Assembly: GCF_001194135.2 (NCBI RefSeq) | Contig: NC_068987.1 | Location: 28,830,079-28,868,842, forward strand | Source of the DNA: Octopus bimaculoides | Taxonomy: Eukaryota | DNA: 38,764 nucleotides | Reading direction: 5' to 3' | Notes under the pieces: generated by a model | What the model saw: the letters and a program-made list of their open reading frames with translations, nothing else | The model's database searches: none | Told to the model about the DNA's origin: nothing | Part shown: positions 1-11,949 of the stretch, piece after piece | Position numbering within the stretch: the stretch's first letter is position 1 | How the letters are laid out: each line of letters begins with the position of its first letter | Made by a program: the position numbers and the translations under genes

Positions 1-426
1 GTTTATAAATATTCCCCCATCATGACTTAAATTTGCCCATAGCCTACCTCTTTTTATCGACAGTTACTTATATCCAACTGGCTACTCCTGATGTCTTATT
101 TCCTCCTTCAGGAAAGGGAATACATGTGATAATATTTGTGACCATACCTACCCATGAGCTGTCAACTCGCTCTTTTCCTTTGTTCAAAATAGACAGTCTT
201 CTAGTCATACATTTAGTAGCCGATAAAGAAATAAATGAATTAGAAATAAATTACAACCCTTACAACACTATGACTCCACTATGTTCCGTGCGGTTCTTAG
301 AAGTTGTAGTCTAATATTTGCTACAATAGCGACAACACGAATTTTTCCCATCTTCTTGCTCTGTTAAAATATTCAAGGAGAATTATCTTAATGTGTCCAA
401 CTTGCTAAAACTCCATTTATTTATTC

Positions 427-514
427 GTGCAGCTGAGGATGGAACTGCATTTAAATTGATGTAATGATTGCATTGTTCAATTAAATGGAGCCCCTTGAAA
501 CGGTCGTACTGCAT
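427..514 (+). ncRNA. Type I hammerhead ribozyme (copy 1), long stem II, near-palindromic stem III
   Basis: Stem I GTGCAG (427-432) pairs with CTGCAT (509-514). Core CTGAGGA at 433-439. Long hairpin stem II at 440-496. GAAA at 497-500. Stem III ACGGTCGT at 500-507. Cleavage triplet GTA at 506-508. A homologous copy lies at 38410-38499 (-). Confidence 0.8.
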
Positions 515-560
515 TACTACTTGATATCCTGTTGCTTATTTTAATTATATATATATATAT
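427..560 (+). mobile_element. Hammerhead-bearing dispersed repeat (Penelope-like terminal repeat or retrozyme-like), ending in (AT)n
   Basis: About 75-80% identity by hand alignment to 38376-38499 (-). The shared region includes the tail GATATCC(T)TGTTGCTTATTTTRATT followed by (AT)n. The family assignment is inference. Confidence 0.55.
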
Positions 561-727
561 ACATAGTAAATTTCTATTAATTGACAACTTATAAGTGGAT
601 GTTTCGCATTGCATTTTTTACAGATGAAGCATTGACTCTGTCTGAGACCTTCTGACATATTCTTGCTTGTGAAAAGTTTGGTGGTAACGGTCTAATACTT
701 AGGGGATACATAAAAAGTGATGTTTCA

Positions 728-1297
728 NNNNNNNNNNNNNNNNNNNNNNNNNNNNNNNNNNNNNNNNNNNNNNNNNNNNNNNNNNNNNNNNNNNNNNNNN
801 NNNNNNNNNNNNNNNNNNNNNNNNNNNNNNNNNNNNNNNNNNNNNNNNNNNNNNNNNNNNNNNNNNNNNNNNNNNNNNNNNNNNNNNNNNNNNNNNNNNN
901 NNNNNNNNNNNNNNNNNNNNNNNNNNNNNNNNNNNNNNNNNNNNNNNNNNNNNNNNNNNNNNNNNNNNNNNNNNNNNNNNNNNNNNNNNNNNNNNNNNNN
1001 NNNNNNNNNNNNNNNNNNNNNNNNNNNNNNNNNNNNNNNNNNNNNNNNNNNNNNNNNNNNNNNNNNNNNNNNNNNNNNNNNNNNNNNNNNNNNNNNNNNN
1101 NNNNNNNNNNNNNNNNNNNNNNNNNNNNNNNNNNNNNNNNNNNNNNNNNNNNNNNNNNNNNNNNNNNNNNNNNNNNNNNNNNNNNNNNNNNNNNNNNNNN
1201 NNNNNNNNNNNNNNNNNNNNNNNNNNNNNNNNNNNNNNNNNNNNNNNNNNNNNNNNNNNNNNNNNNNNNNNNNNNNNNNNNNNNNNNNNNNNNNNNN
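728..1297. other. Assembly gap (N run)
   Basis: Run of N with (AT)n on its right side. Confidence 1.
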
Positions 1298-1344
<47 letters not shown>

Positions 1345-1523
1345 TACATATATATATGTATATGTATCATATATATATATATATACATATATGTATCATA
1401 CATATATATACATATATATATATATGTATATGTATCTATATATATGTTTTACATACACACACACACGCGCGCCCACACACACATACACACACACGTATAT
1501 ATATATATATATACATATATATA
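1298..1523. repeat. Compound (AT)n/(AC)n microsatellite
   Basis: Directly visible. Confidence 0.95.
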
Positions 1524-2011
1524 ATAGCAGTTTGACTGAAGTACATATGACTTAACATTCCGTAGACGTTTAGGACAAGTCTATCTGAGTAGATATTCGG
1601 ATAAAGTGGCAAATTTGTAATAAAGTTAAGATGGCTTCTAGGATTATATGCTTCTATTCAGCAAATCAAGGTACTTACCGTCAAAGCCAAAAGTGACAGA
1701 GGTACTATTTCTTTTAATTTATTCTTTTATGTATAAAGCAAGACGGGATTTTGACAGGAATTTAAGCAGGTTGCGGCATGATATACTGAGAAACTTTGTA
1801 TCGAGTGGAGTTCTAAGTTGCTGGTGCGAGTCTGTAGATGAGACGGCTTTTACTAGAGCTTAAGCACATCAGGGGCAACAAGCAGTCTTCCCGTGGTATT
1901 AAACACAAGGGTGGAGTGTTTTCTATATACGTAGCAGAAATATTTCTGTAAGATAGGTATAGTTTAAGAGGGACATAAATGCTTCATTCTAAATATTTGT
2001 CTGACACAAAT

Positions 2012-2193
2012 ATATATACATTATATGTGTGTGTGTGTTTGTGTGAGCGCGTATATACATGCATGCACACACACACACACACACGCACACACACACTCAC
2101 ACACATATATATATATATATGTTTCTGTGTTTATTTGTATATACATGTGATATATGTTTGTGTATCTGTGTATATATACACACACATATAAAT

Positions 2194-2234
<41 letters not shown>
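2012..2234. repeat. Compound (GT)n/(AC)n/(AT)n microsatellite
   Basis: Directly visible; runs into the gap. Confidence 0.9.
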
Positions 2235-2692
2235 NNNNNNNNNNNNNNNNNNNNNNNNNNNNNNNNNNNNNNNNNNNNNNNNNNNNNNNNNNNNNNNNNN
2301 NNNNNNNNNNNNNNNNNNNNNNNNNNNNNNNNNNNNNNNNNNNNNNNNNNNNNNNNNNNNNNNNNNNNNNNNNNNNNNNNNNNNNNNNNNNNNNNNNNNN
2401 NNNNNNNNNNNNNNNNNNNNNNNNNNNNNNNNNNNNNNNNNNNNNNNNNNNNNNNNNNNNNNNNNNNNNNNNNNNNNNNNNNNNNNNNNNNNNNNNNNNN
2501 NNNNNNNNNNNNNNNNNNNNNNNNNNNNNNNNNNNNNNNNNNNNNNNNNNNNNNNNNNNNNNNNNNNNNNNNNNNNNNNNNNNNNNNNNNNNNNNNNNNN
2601 NNNNNNNNNNNNNNNNNNNNNNNNNNNNNNNNNNNNNNNNNNNNNNNNNNNNNNNNNNNNNNNNNNNNNNNNNNNNNNNNNNNNNNNNNNNN
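2235..2692. other. Assembly gap (N run)
   Basis: Run of N flanked by (AT)n on both sides. Confidence 1.
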
Positions 2693-3693
2693 ATATATAT
2701 ATATATATATATATATATACGCCTTCAATATTAAGTCAAGCGTTTATCTATCGCATTGTCATTGAAATATGTCAATATTGAACTGTATATAACCAGAGAC
2801 TGTCTGCAAATCCAATGTTGGTGGAACCTTAAGTATTGAACATATGAATCATATCAAGAATATTGCATGTAATGATGAAGAAAATCGGTTAAAATGATGC
2901 CTTAATAGAAACGTATAGATTTTATTAAACGATGTGTTTGCGGAATACACATTAAGGATTTTCTTTCGCAGAAGCAGTAAACTATATACAACGCAGAATT
3001 GTTCCCGCGTTTCACTGCTGGGGATATCATATGTGAAAATAAAGAGAAAACTACTAAACTCTTTTATACTATCCAGCTTGAACCTGCTCCACGTTTTATG
3101 TTACGAATCCATCCATTTTAAACAGTTTATGTTTAAACTTATCCACTTTGTCATAAATACATAAGCACGGTTGTTTGGATATTAATCTTCCAGCGTTTTC
3201 TAAATGAAATATGCTTAGTGGATCCTGACGGTTAATAAACCCAGCAACAATAGGATTAAATGCATTTTCTGTGTAAAATTATAAACGTACTTGAAATAGC
3301 AACATCAGGAACATAAAACTTTAGAACTACAGAAATGCTATGCACTTTAAACCACATCTATGTATGACAAGAATTGACCGTATATTCTTGTTTATTTTAA
3401 TCCACTTTGGTATATTAATGCAGAATTTAGAATACATATCTCTCCCTACCATAAAAAACGATGCAAATAAGCTAGCGCCATAAAAGTGCAGGGTTTTCAT
3501 AACACAAAGTGATAGTTTATATTTATCTATTGCAAAGACATGATAATGTTTACACAAGTTCCTTCAACGTCATTATTTAATCTTGTATATATAAATATTA
3601 GAGTGGTAAAAAAAAGTGAACTGCAACATGTATCAATATTGTTGAAATGATATATAGGTTATATATATTTATGTGTATGAGTTTGCGTGTATT

Positions 3694-3697
<4 letters not shown>

Positions 3698-3741
<44 letters not shown>

Positions 3742-3790
3742 TGTGTTTATGTGCGTGTCTGAGCATCTGTGTATGTACGTGTGCTTACTG
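3698..3790. repeat. (GT)n microsatellite
   Basis: Directly visible. Confidence 0.95.
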
Positions 3791-3989
3791 TGTGTTGCTA
3801 TCATTTTTAAGTGAAAGAAAAAAAATTGAAAACAAACGAAAGCAATATTTTAATATGTTCCGTATTTTTATCAATGAAAACAAGCAAACTCTACACACAC
3901 TGGTTTGTCGTTCGTCAGTCATATATATCGCTGCATAACATACGTCAATGAAACTGATGCTAAATAGGGCATGGCTCTCTATGTCGGAC

Positions 3990-5280
3990 AGCCTATAATT
4001 TTGCTGGAGGCAGGTCACCGCATCATGTGAACCATACACTATAGTCAAATAGCAGAACAATGTGTTAAAAATTGAACAAAGGTTTTGCACTTTACCCTGC
4101 GTTTTGCTAATAAAGCATATAGTGAAATACCTAAGCTAGTGGCAATGTTAAAATCATGTGTGACTATGTGACAGAGGTTGTACATCGTATTCCATTTATC
4201 GTGACCAAAGTGCGATAAAGTTCAATGTGTAGTTCCCATATTCTTGGCTGAACAATTTTCCTAAAACCTGTCGAAAGCAATAGAGAAAGCAGATGAGAAA
4301 CTCTATCAAGGACAGTCAATAAACCTCATTCAATTAATTATAATTGCACCCTTATGGCGAGGAAAAACTGTTCCGTTCTTTTCAAATTTCAGTTTGCAGC
4401 GAAATTCTTTATGCTATCTCTATTCAAGTCATCTCTATGAATACGTCACCACTAGTCGTTGTTGTTTACGAATTTATTTGCTACGCCATTTTCAAAGATA
4501 TTGAATGACAGCAAACTAAACTTCCTTGAGACACCAAGCTAAATTTATACGCGTTTGGCTTCCAGTCAGAGTCTAACTTGTCATTGCTAGCACATATAGC
4601 AAATTATTCCTTGAAATATGCTTTCCTCTTCGAGTAACTCCGCAACACACATGAATCTAATGTAGACTACGAATTCGGTGTGGATTCACGATGGCAGCGA
4701 TGTTCCCTGCATGTAGTTAATCCATCAATGTAACAATTGTTCCATTAACACGCGTATGCAGTCATTCCTTAACCAATATCCAGGCTATCTCGGACTATCT
4801 TACAACTTAACTACGGTGTCTAGCCTAAGTCGCTATCATCACCGACAGCTTTCCTTCTCATCGATGCATGCGAGTGCATCGTAGTTGCTTGTGTCACAAA
4901 CTCCATGTACGAGCCATATAGATGCAATTTTAGAGCTACCGTCAGTGAATTCCAACACCCTGCCCTCCCTTGTAGTTATGGTGGGGTACAGTTGGCTATC
5001 ATGTTAAACTGAATGATTTCATTCAACTGTAACACGTTTCTACTGGCTGTTCCTCACATCTGGAGTCTTTTAACCTGAATAGTGTTAAAAGTGTTCGGAC
5101 GAGCTAAATCTTTTATGCTTACGTGAGAAAAAAGAGGTATCTGCTGTGACATGCTTTCCACTGATCATCGAAACTTCGTTCTCAAAGTGCTGATGTGCAA
5201 CCTATCATTAGAGGAAATAACTGCTTCATCCGTCGTCCGTAGTTGAGGAGTTCCGTGATTTAAGCCTTAAGACATCCACT
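3990..5280 (-). mobile_element. Highly degenerate CR1/L2-type LINE reverse transcriptase remnant
   Basis: Minus-strand frameshifted peptides VSQGS / LLSFNIFEN..KFVNN..DDLNR near 4535-4420 resemble GVPQGS-LLFNIFIND-KFADD-DLDRL. ELYRTLV near 4225-4200 resembles LYKTLVRP. Boundaries are approximate. Confidence 0.55.
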
Positions 5281-5901
5281 ACCGTCCTTTAAATTGAGTT
5301 GAAAGATATCCGTGAGGTAGTTTAGCTAAAGTGGCAGATGACATATGTTGCTCTTCGTACCAATGCTTTTCTAGTTTTGTCTGCAAATTGTAGAAAGATA
5401 ATAAATTGCTGAATAAGCAAGAGACACATTTCTTTTCATTTATTTTTCCCCTGCATACATATATTGAATAATATACAATAGAAAAACATTTTGCAAACTT
5501 ATAAATAAACAATTATTTTTATTAAATTATGTTACAAAACACGAAGCTAATAAGAGTAAAGTCAGATTTTTAAACATTTTTACTAAACCTATCAGGTATC
5601 TCCATTATCTAAATATGTAATTGAAACACATAGTGCAATTCATTAGAAATGGTTAATGCTAGATTTCTATCGTTGATATCCTTATTGTTCATATCGTTTT
5701 TTCTTTGCCGTTGTCTGTGATATTTATTATATTTATTATTCGAGATAAGAATAATTTATGAAATCTATTTACCCACGCCTTGAATTTTCTCCTTTAATGA
5801 CGTCATTACAGAATACTTCACAATTCATTTTTTACACAATCTCTTGAGTTGAAATCTTAAGTTATGGATGCTATTTAAAAGAAAACTAATAATGAAAATA
5901 A

Positions 5902-6113
5902 TAATTTCAAATTTAAGCACAATGCCAGTAATTCTGGGGCGAGGTTAAGTCGATTATATAGACACCAGTACTCAAATAGTACTTATTTCATCGAACCCGA
6001 TAGGATGAAAGGCGAAGTTGACCTCGGCAGAATTTGAACTCAGAACATAAAAACGTATGAAAAACTGATAAGCATCTCGCCTGGCGTGCTAACGATTCTT
6101 CTAGCTCACTGCC
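5902..6113 (-). mobile_element. tRNA-derived SINE, group A (octopus OK/OR-like)
   Basis: Reverse complement reads GGCAGTGAGCTAG-AAGAATCGTTAGCACGCCAGG...TTCTGAGTTCAAATTCTGCCGAGGTCAAC with a B-box-like GTTCAAAT. Homologous copies at 13976, 14262, 22057, 22262, 24665 and 30795. Confidence 0.85.
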
Positions 6114-6114
6114 T

Positions 6115-6609
<495 letters not shown>

Positions 6610-6675
<66 letters not shown>
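6610..6675. repeat. (TAA)n tail / microsatellite
   Basis: Directly visible. Confidence 0.97.
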
Positions 6676-8645
6676 TTCAGCGAAAGTGGAATGGCAGGAT
6701 ATTGCATTGCAGGAACTTACCGTAGCTCTAACGAAAGCTCATAAGTCGAAGTCTCCTGGATATGAAAAACCCACACAAAGTTCTGATTTTATGGCCTCTC
6801 ATCGTTACATTGCCAGTTAAATGGATGTTTCTCTGATATCATCAGAAACCCCGAGAATATTCCATACTGGCTCTTATTATGGATGACATACCTACACCCT
6901 AAAATGAGCGAAACAAAGAACCAAAAAACTATAGGCTGATCACTTGTAGGATAGCTATGTATAAAATACTTATATCTATTTTCGCCGAAAGGATATACCA
7001 TTTCTCGATCAAAACTATACCCTTCCTCTTAAATAAAATGGGTGCAAAAAAACTCATACTGATGCAAAGAGCAGCTATTAACAAATCGTGTGATAGTCGA
7101 AATTTACCCATCAAAAATCAATATCTTAGTAGAGCATGTATTGACTCTCGTAACGCGTTGAACAGAGATCGGCATACTTGGATATTCAAAGGTACTAAAT
7201 ATATACAAGATCTTTCCTTTCATAAAAGTCTTTCGTCCACTTAGTATGGGACTTGGAACACGCAGCTGTTTCTCAAACTTATGAAAGGCTTGGATGTATC
7301 TCAATTCATGAAAATAGATCGCGAAGTATTCCAAGGTGGTTCACTCTCCCCTAAATTTTCTTCTGTTTTTTCGTTAGTCCCTTGTCCCACAAGTCAAACA
7401 GAACAAATTACTGATACGAACGGATTGAGAAGATTACCTCTCAGTTGTTCCACAAGGATGATATGAAACTATAATCAAAAGACCAAAGTTACTTGAAAGG
7501 GTTAATAATAGCTATGAAAAAAATCTGTGATGACATCAATATGGAATTTGGCCCTAGTTAGGCGTGCAAAAGTTACATTCAAATGCTGTAAACTACAGCT
7601 CAAAGGGAAGGGATTCAACATGTGTGAATGAAAGAAAAGACCAAGAGAGAATATTATTGACGCATCAGAATGGCCCTGAATAATGAGCTGAACTCCAATA
7701 ATAGACTTCAAGCTATAAACTCCTTGGTGGCACCAGTTGTCCAGTATAGCCTTAATGTCATAATTGGGATATGAGTGAATACCAACGTATGGGCATAAAG
7801 ACCAGGAAACTGCTGACATTAAACAGGATGTCAAGAATTCCCATAGCATGACATGAGTAATGCCTCGAATGAGTTCAGGAAACTGATGAGGATATGAAAA
7901 GAATTCATCAGACGCTGAAGAGCACTGTTTTGAAAGGCAAAACATAAAAACATTATTTTAGCGGCACAAGATAAGAGTCTCTTCATTCGGAGCTGTCAAG
8001 CTAGTGTCTTGCACAAAGAGGCAAACATAAAATCTACACTTCACGATGACAAACGTGGGAGAATCGACCCCATTGCTGCCGGTTGCATATATAATATAAA
8101 GCCAGGCATGATCAAGTTGGCCACAACTTGCCCTGGAGCAAATGCCATCACTATGACAATCCGCACACGAAGAACCGCTACGAATACTACCCAAAGCCAG
8201 TCACTGAGGAAGAGAATATTACCATCCTATAGGATTATAGGATACATGCAGACAGTCAAAATATGCTAACAGGCTAAACATTATCATCAAAGATCTAAGA
8301 CAAAACAAAACGCACCTGTTAATTGATATGACGGTATATGATGGTAGAAACATCTTAGTAAAAGAATTTGAAAACCTATCCAAATACAAGGACCTTGAGT
8401 TTGAGATACCTAAGGTGTGGCAATTAAAACCCATAGCTTTTTCCTTTTTTACAGTTGCTCTGAAAATGGTCAAGAAGGATAAAAACAAATGTTTTAACCA
8501 GCTTCCATGGAAACCAACAACCTACAAGGTTCGAATATTTCTGCTGACATCAACTGCTCACCTTCTCATGAGGTATCTCTATCTGATCTATATTTGCTTA
8601 GGCATCTGGTTGAAAACCAGCCGAAGATGAAATAAAATAAATCAA
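6676..8645 (+). mobile_element. Degenerate R4/Dong-like retrotransposon (RT, CCHC region, RLE), many frameshifts and stops
   Basis: Ordered motifs: ALTKAHKSKSPG (~6725), NYRLITC..MYKILISI (~6930-6980), FQGGSLSP (~7330), DDMKL (~7460), DDINMEFG (~7530), KTRKLLTLN (~7800), IAAGC (~8075), LLIDMTV...LSKYKDLEFEIPKVWQLKP (8320-8430), LLTSTAHLLMRYL (~8545). Confidence 0.85.
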
Positions 8646-8885
8646 GCGAAAAATAAGATAGCAAAAAGTATAAGAATAACTTCCAAGATAGACACAAGAT
8701 TAGAAAATTGCGTGCAGGCAAACTGGTGATTGCATCGACACCGACTGCTTATAGCATGCCTGCATTGTTTTGGTATCAATGGACGTATCTCATCATCGAA
8801 CGGTGTCAATAGCACGTGAAAATGTATCTCAGCATAGCTTTGGAACATAGAAATAGAACCCTTACTTAAGACAAAAGGAAAATAC

Positions 8886-8920
<35 letters not shown>

Positions 8921-9172
8921 NNNNNNNNNNNNNNNNNNNNNNNNNNNNNNNNNNNNNNNNNNNNNNNNNNNNNNNNNNNNNNNNNNNNNNNNNNNNNNNN
9001 NNNNNNNNNNNNNNNNNNNNNNNNNNNNNNNNNNNNNNNNNNNNNNNNNNNNNNNNNNNNNNNNNNNNNNNNNNNNNNNNNNNNNNNNNNNNNNNNNNNN
9101 NNNNNNNNNNNNNNNNNNNNNNNNNNNNNNNNNNNNNNNNNNNNNNNNNNNNNNNNNNNNNNNNNNNNNNNN
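8921..9172. other. Assembly gap (N run)
   Basis: Run of N flanked by (AT)n. Confidence 1.
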
Positions 9173-9203
<31 letters not shown>

Positions 9204-9351
9204 CCAAGAGAGTTAGGGTTTGAGGATCCAACCCACTAAGGGATAATATTTATCCAATATACTGCAGGGAGGGTATCCAACTGTTGTTACACTAGTTTTA
9301 TACCAAGTGCAATGAGTTAGTGCGGTTAAAATGGGGTCTTTACACTAAATT

Positions 9352-9413
9352 TATATAGCAATAAGAAAATGGAGGGGAATATGTATTCCCCTCCAGTTTC
9401 TCATTGCTATATA
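9352..9413. repeat. 62-nt near-perfect inverted repeat (hairpin)
   Basis: TATATAGCAAT-AAGAAAA-TGGAGGGGAATA / TG / TATTCCCCTCCA-GTTTCTC-ATTGCTATATA gives 28 of 30 positions Watson-Crick paired. Confidence 0.9.
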
Positions 9414-9419
9414 TATAAC

Positions 9420-9664
9420 CACGCGCGTGACTTAGTGGTTAGGGTGTCAGCGTCATGATCATAAGTTTGTGGTTTCGATTCCTGGACCGGGCGACGCGTT
9501 GTGTTATTGAGTAAAACACTTCATTCCATGTTGCTCCAGTCCACTCAGCTGGCAAAAATGAGTAACGCTGCGATGGACTGGCGTCCCGTCCATTTGGGGA
9601 ACACATGCGCCATTGAAACCGGAAAACCGGGCCCATGAGCCTGGCTAGGCTTTAAAAAGGGCGC

Positions 9665-9667
<3 letters not shown>
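9420..9667 (+). mobile_element. tRNA-derived SINE, group B (CORE-like central domain)
   Basis: A-box-like GACTTAGTGG and B-box-like GGTTTCGATTCC. The central GTTGTGTTATTGAGTAAAACACTT resembles the MIR/CORE domain. A (TTA)n tail follows. Homolog at 34030-34259 (-). Confidence 0.85.
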
Positions 9668-9698
<31 letters not shown>

Positions 9699-10479
9699 AT
9701 ATATATATATATATATATTCATACGCATACGTATGTATATATGTATTTATGCATGTATGTACTTATATATGTATGATTTTATGTACTTATGTATGCACGA
9801 ATATTTGTTTAGTCACAAACAATATATAGGAGAGCATGGGAATCCAATCCCTGTCATTTTTAACTTATATGAGCTGCTCGAACCTTTTTACGCAGTAATG
9901 AGCTCCATTCGATGCAAAATACTTGCGCCATCTTTATACTCAGCGCACTCCAACTAAATGGTTCAATCGTGCTATTATAGAATGATAGGTCTAATGTCAT
10001 TCCGAGGGGAACTATCTCCTAAATTAAACATCACCAGTGATAAGAAACACAGTTATGCCCTCACCCCACCAGGCTTTCTATGTGTTGCCTGTTGTTCTAA
10101 TGAAGATCAACTGTTAATCAGCCGTAGAGTTAACATTCTAAATTAAAGGAATGACTTTTAAACCTACAGCGGATTAAATTGATTAATTATACATCTACGA
10201 CCAAAGCTTGTAAATTTACAATATGGCGACAAAAACGCTAATACTTATTTCACTGAAGTTGATCAAGAAAGTTCCAGTATGCCAACAACTACAAGTTTTT
10301 TGGTCTTATATCGGTATACCAAAAACGATGACAGTCAGAGCAAACACATATCTTCATATCACCATACATTTGCAGCATCTTCATAAAACCCTCTTCTACT
10401 AAAGATGACTTCGAACAATCGTGGCATGTCACATCACTTTTGAGCACATCTGAAACCTAGAACCTGTATCTCAAAGCAA

Positions 10480-10900
10480 ATTGTTTGATTTATTAGGCTG
10501 TTGAGTTCAGTACACAACTTTATACCATGCGCCCTGGACATTATATGAATATCAATTACATTGTGTTGCAATATTTCATCCACCAAAACTGCAAGTAGTC
10601 ATGAACATCAAAAGTGATGACTGTTTTACAAATGGTTATATACTAGTAAGAGAAAAGTCCACACAATTCCAGACAACCTTTGGTAGACTCCAATGTTAAT
10701 GATTAGATTTTATAAAAAATATTCCAAACACAAGGAAATCCAAACCGGTTACGTGCCCTCAACATTAAAATCAATCCTTGCTAAATAGGGAACCTAACAA
10801 GGATTTTCATTACACCCTCAAAAGGATCAAGTTTTCTTTCAACATCCAGTCAAACAATTGAGAAACTGAAAACATGTAAGAACTGGAGAGAAATATACTG
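10480..10900 (+). mobile_element. Possible very old CR1/L2 RT C-terminal remnant
   Basis: Only weak peptide echoes, e.g. QTIEKLKTCK near 10850 versus IxKLExVQR. Boundaries are poorly defined. Confidence 0.25.
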
Positions 10901-11949
10901 AGAAAATGTTGGTGCTGCGAAACACATATGATATCTATAGGGTGAAAATGTAATCGAATAATAAGAGAGAATTTATTAATGACAAGTAAGATATGCAGCG
11001 CTGATACGTGCGACCGTCTCTATTTTTCCCCAGATGGGGCACAAGTTTTCGTATTAAATTTTGTATTATATTCCAATTTAAAGTTACGTTCATATCATAG
11101 TTAATTTCTTTCATGATATCGTATGCTTATATTTTAGTAGTGATATTTTGTCGTAGAATAACGTGGTAAAATATGTTTATTGACACTGGTGCATCAGTTA
11201 AGATATTCTTCTGTTCTCGATTCTGCTAACTATCATAACCTGTCTATATCATTTAAGAACCCTGTCACTGTCACTAATTAGTGAATATGGTCAGTTTTCC
11301 ATTCTATAAGATATTGCCAGGTCAGTTTATCACAACGGTTTAGTATTTCATTATGTTGGCGTACGTTCTAGATTAAGAAAGCTAAATCCTCTTTTCAGAG
11401 TGACCTACCACTCATTTTTAATGTTACATCACTTCATTAAACACTTCAAGTAACTTAAATATAAATGTGATTGTAACCAGGGAAATATATTTCAGAGACC
11501 CATCCACAAGCACCTAAATTTGACGCCTTCTTTTCTGTCATTAGCTGCTTAAATAGTGGATCCATTTATTGTAGCCATTGTGCTCAGGCAACGGCACAGT
11601 TATCTTCCCGTAATCTGAGCTCCTATCTATGTATCTTATTTTAGTCGACACATGGATCGGGTATTTGTAAATCTTCATAATCAGCACGTACATGTTCACC
11701 ACATTCGCTTAGGTAACATGCGCTCTATCCAGTTACTATCTTGATTATAGATGCAATTGCATCAAGAGCACTCTAGGGCACATGAGAAAGATAACCACTA
11801 GCCATCAGGGATTTCGAAGTGTTTGAGAATTGTAATAGAGTAGCAATCCTCAATTTCGTTAATGCAGGAGGCTAAAAAGTAAGGCATAAAGAGGCTTTTC
11901 CTCATCTAAGAATGGGAGTACAGTAACCGTCAGTAGTGGATTTAGTTAC

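Noticed and set aside
290-380. Minus-strand peptide GKNSCCRYCSKY resembling a BED zinc finger of a hAT transposase
   Set aside because: It is short, interrupted by stops, and has no supporting transposase motifs or TIRs.
455-500. SECIS-like reading (ATGA...AAA...GA) of the same segment
   Set aside because: The SECIS helix II does not pair, and copy 2 lacks the ATGA core. The hammerhead fold explains both copies.
589-2765. Long ORFs of 200-270 aa, and similar ones at 8866, 18525, 20937 and 35156
   Set aside because: Artefacts of N-gaps and (AT)n/(AC)n repeats; no real coding content.
6815-6855. CTGATGA-N7-GAAAC on the minus strand, and CTGATGAG at ~7883
   Set aside because: No stem I/II pairing or correctly placed NUH; both lie within R4/Dong coding remnants.
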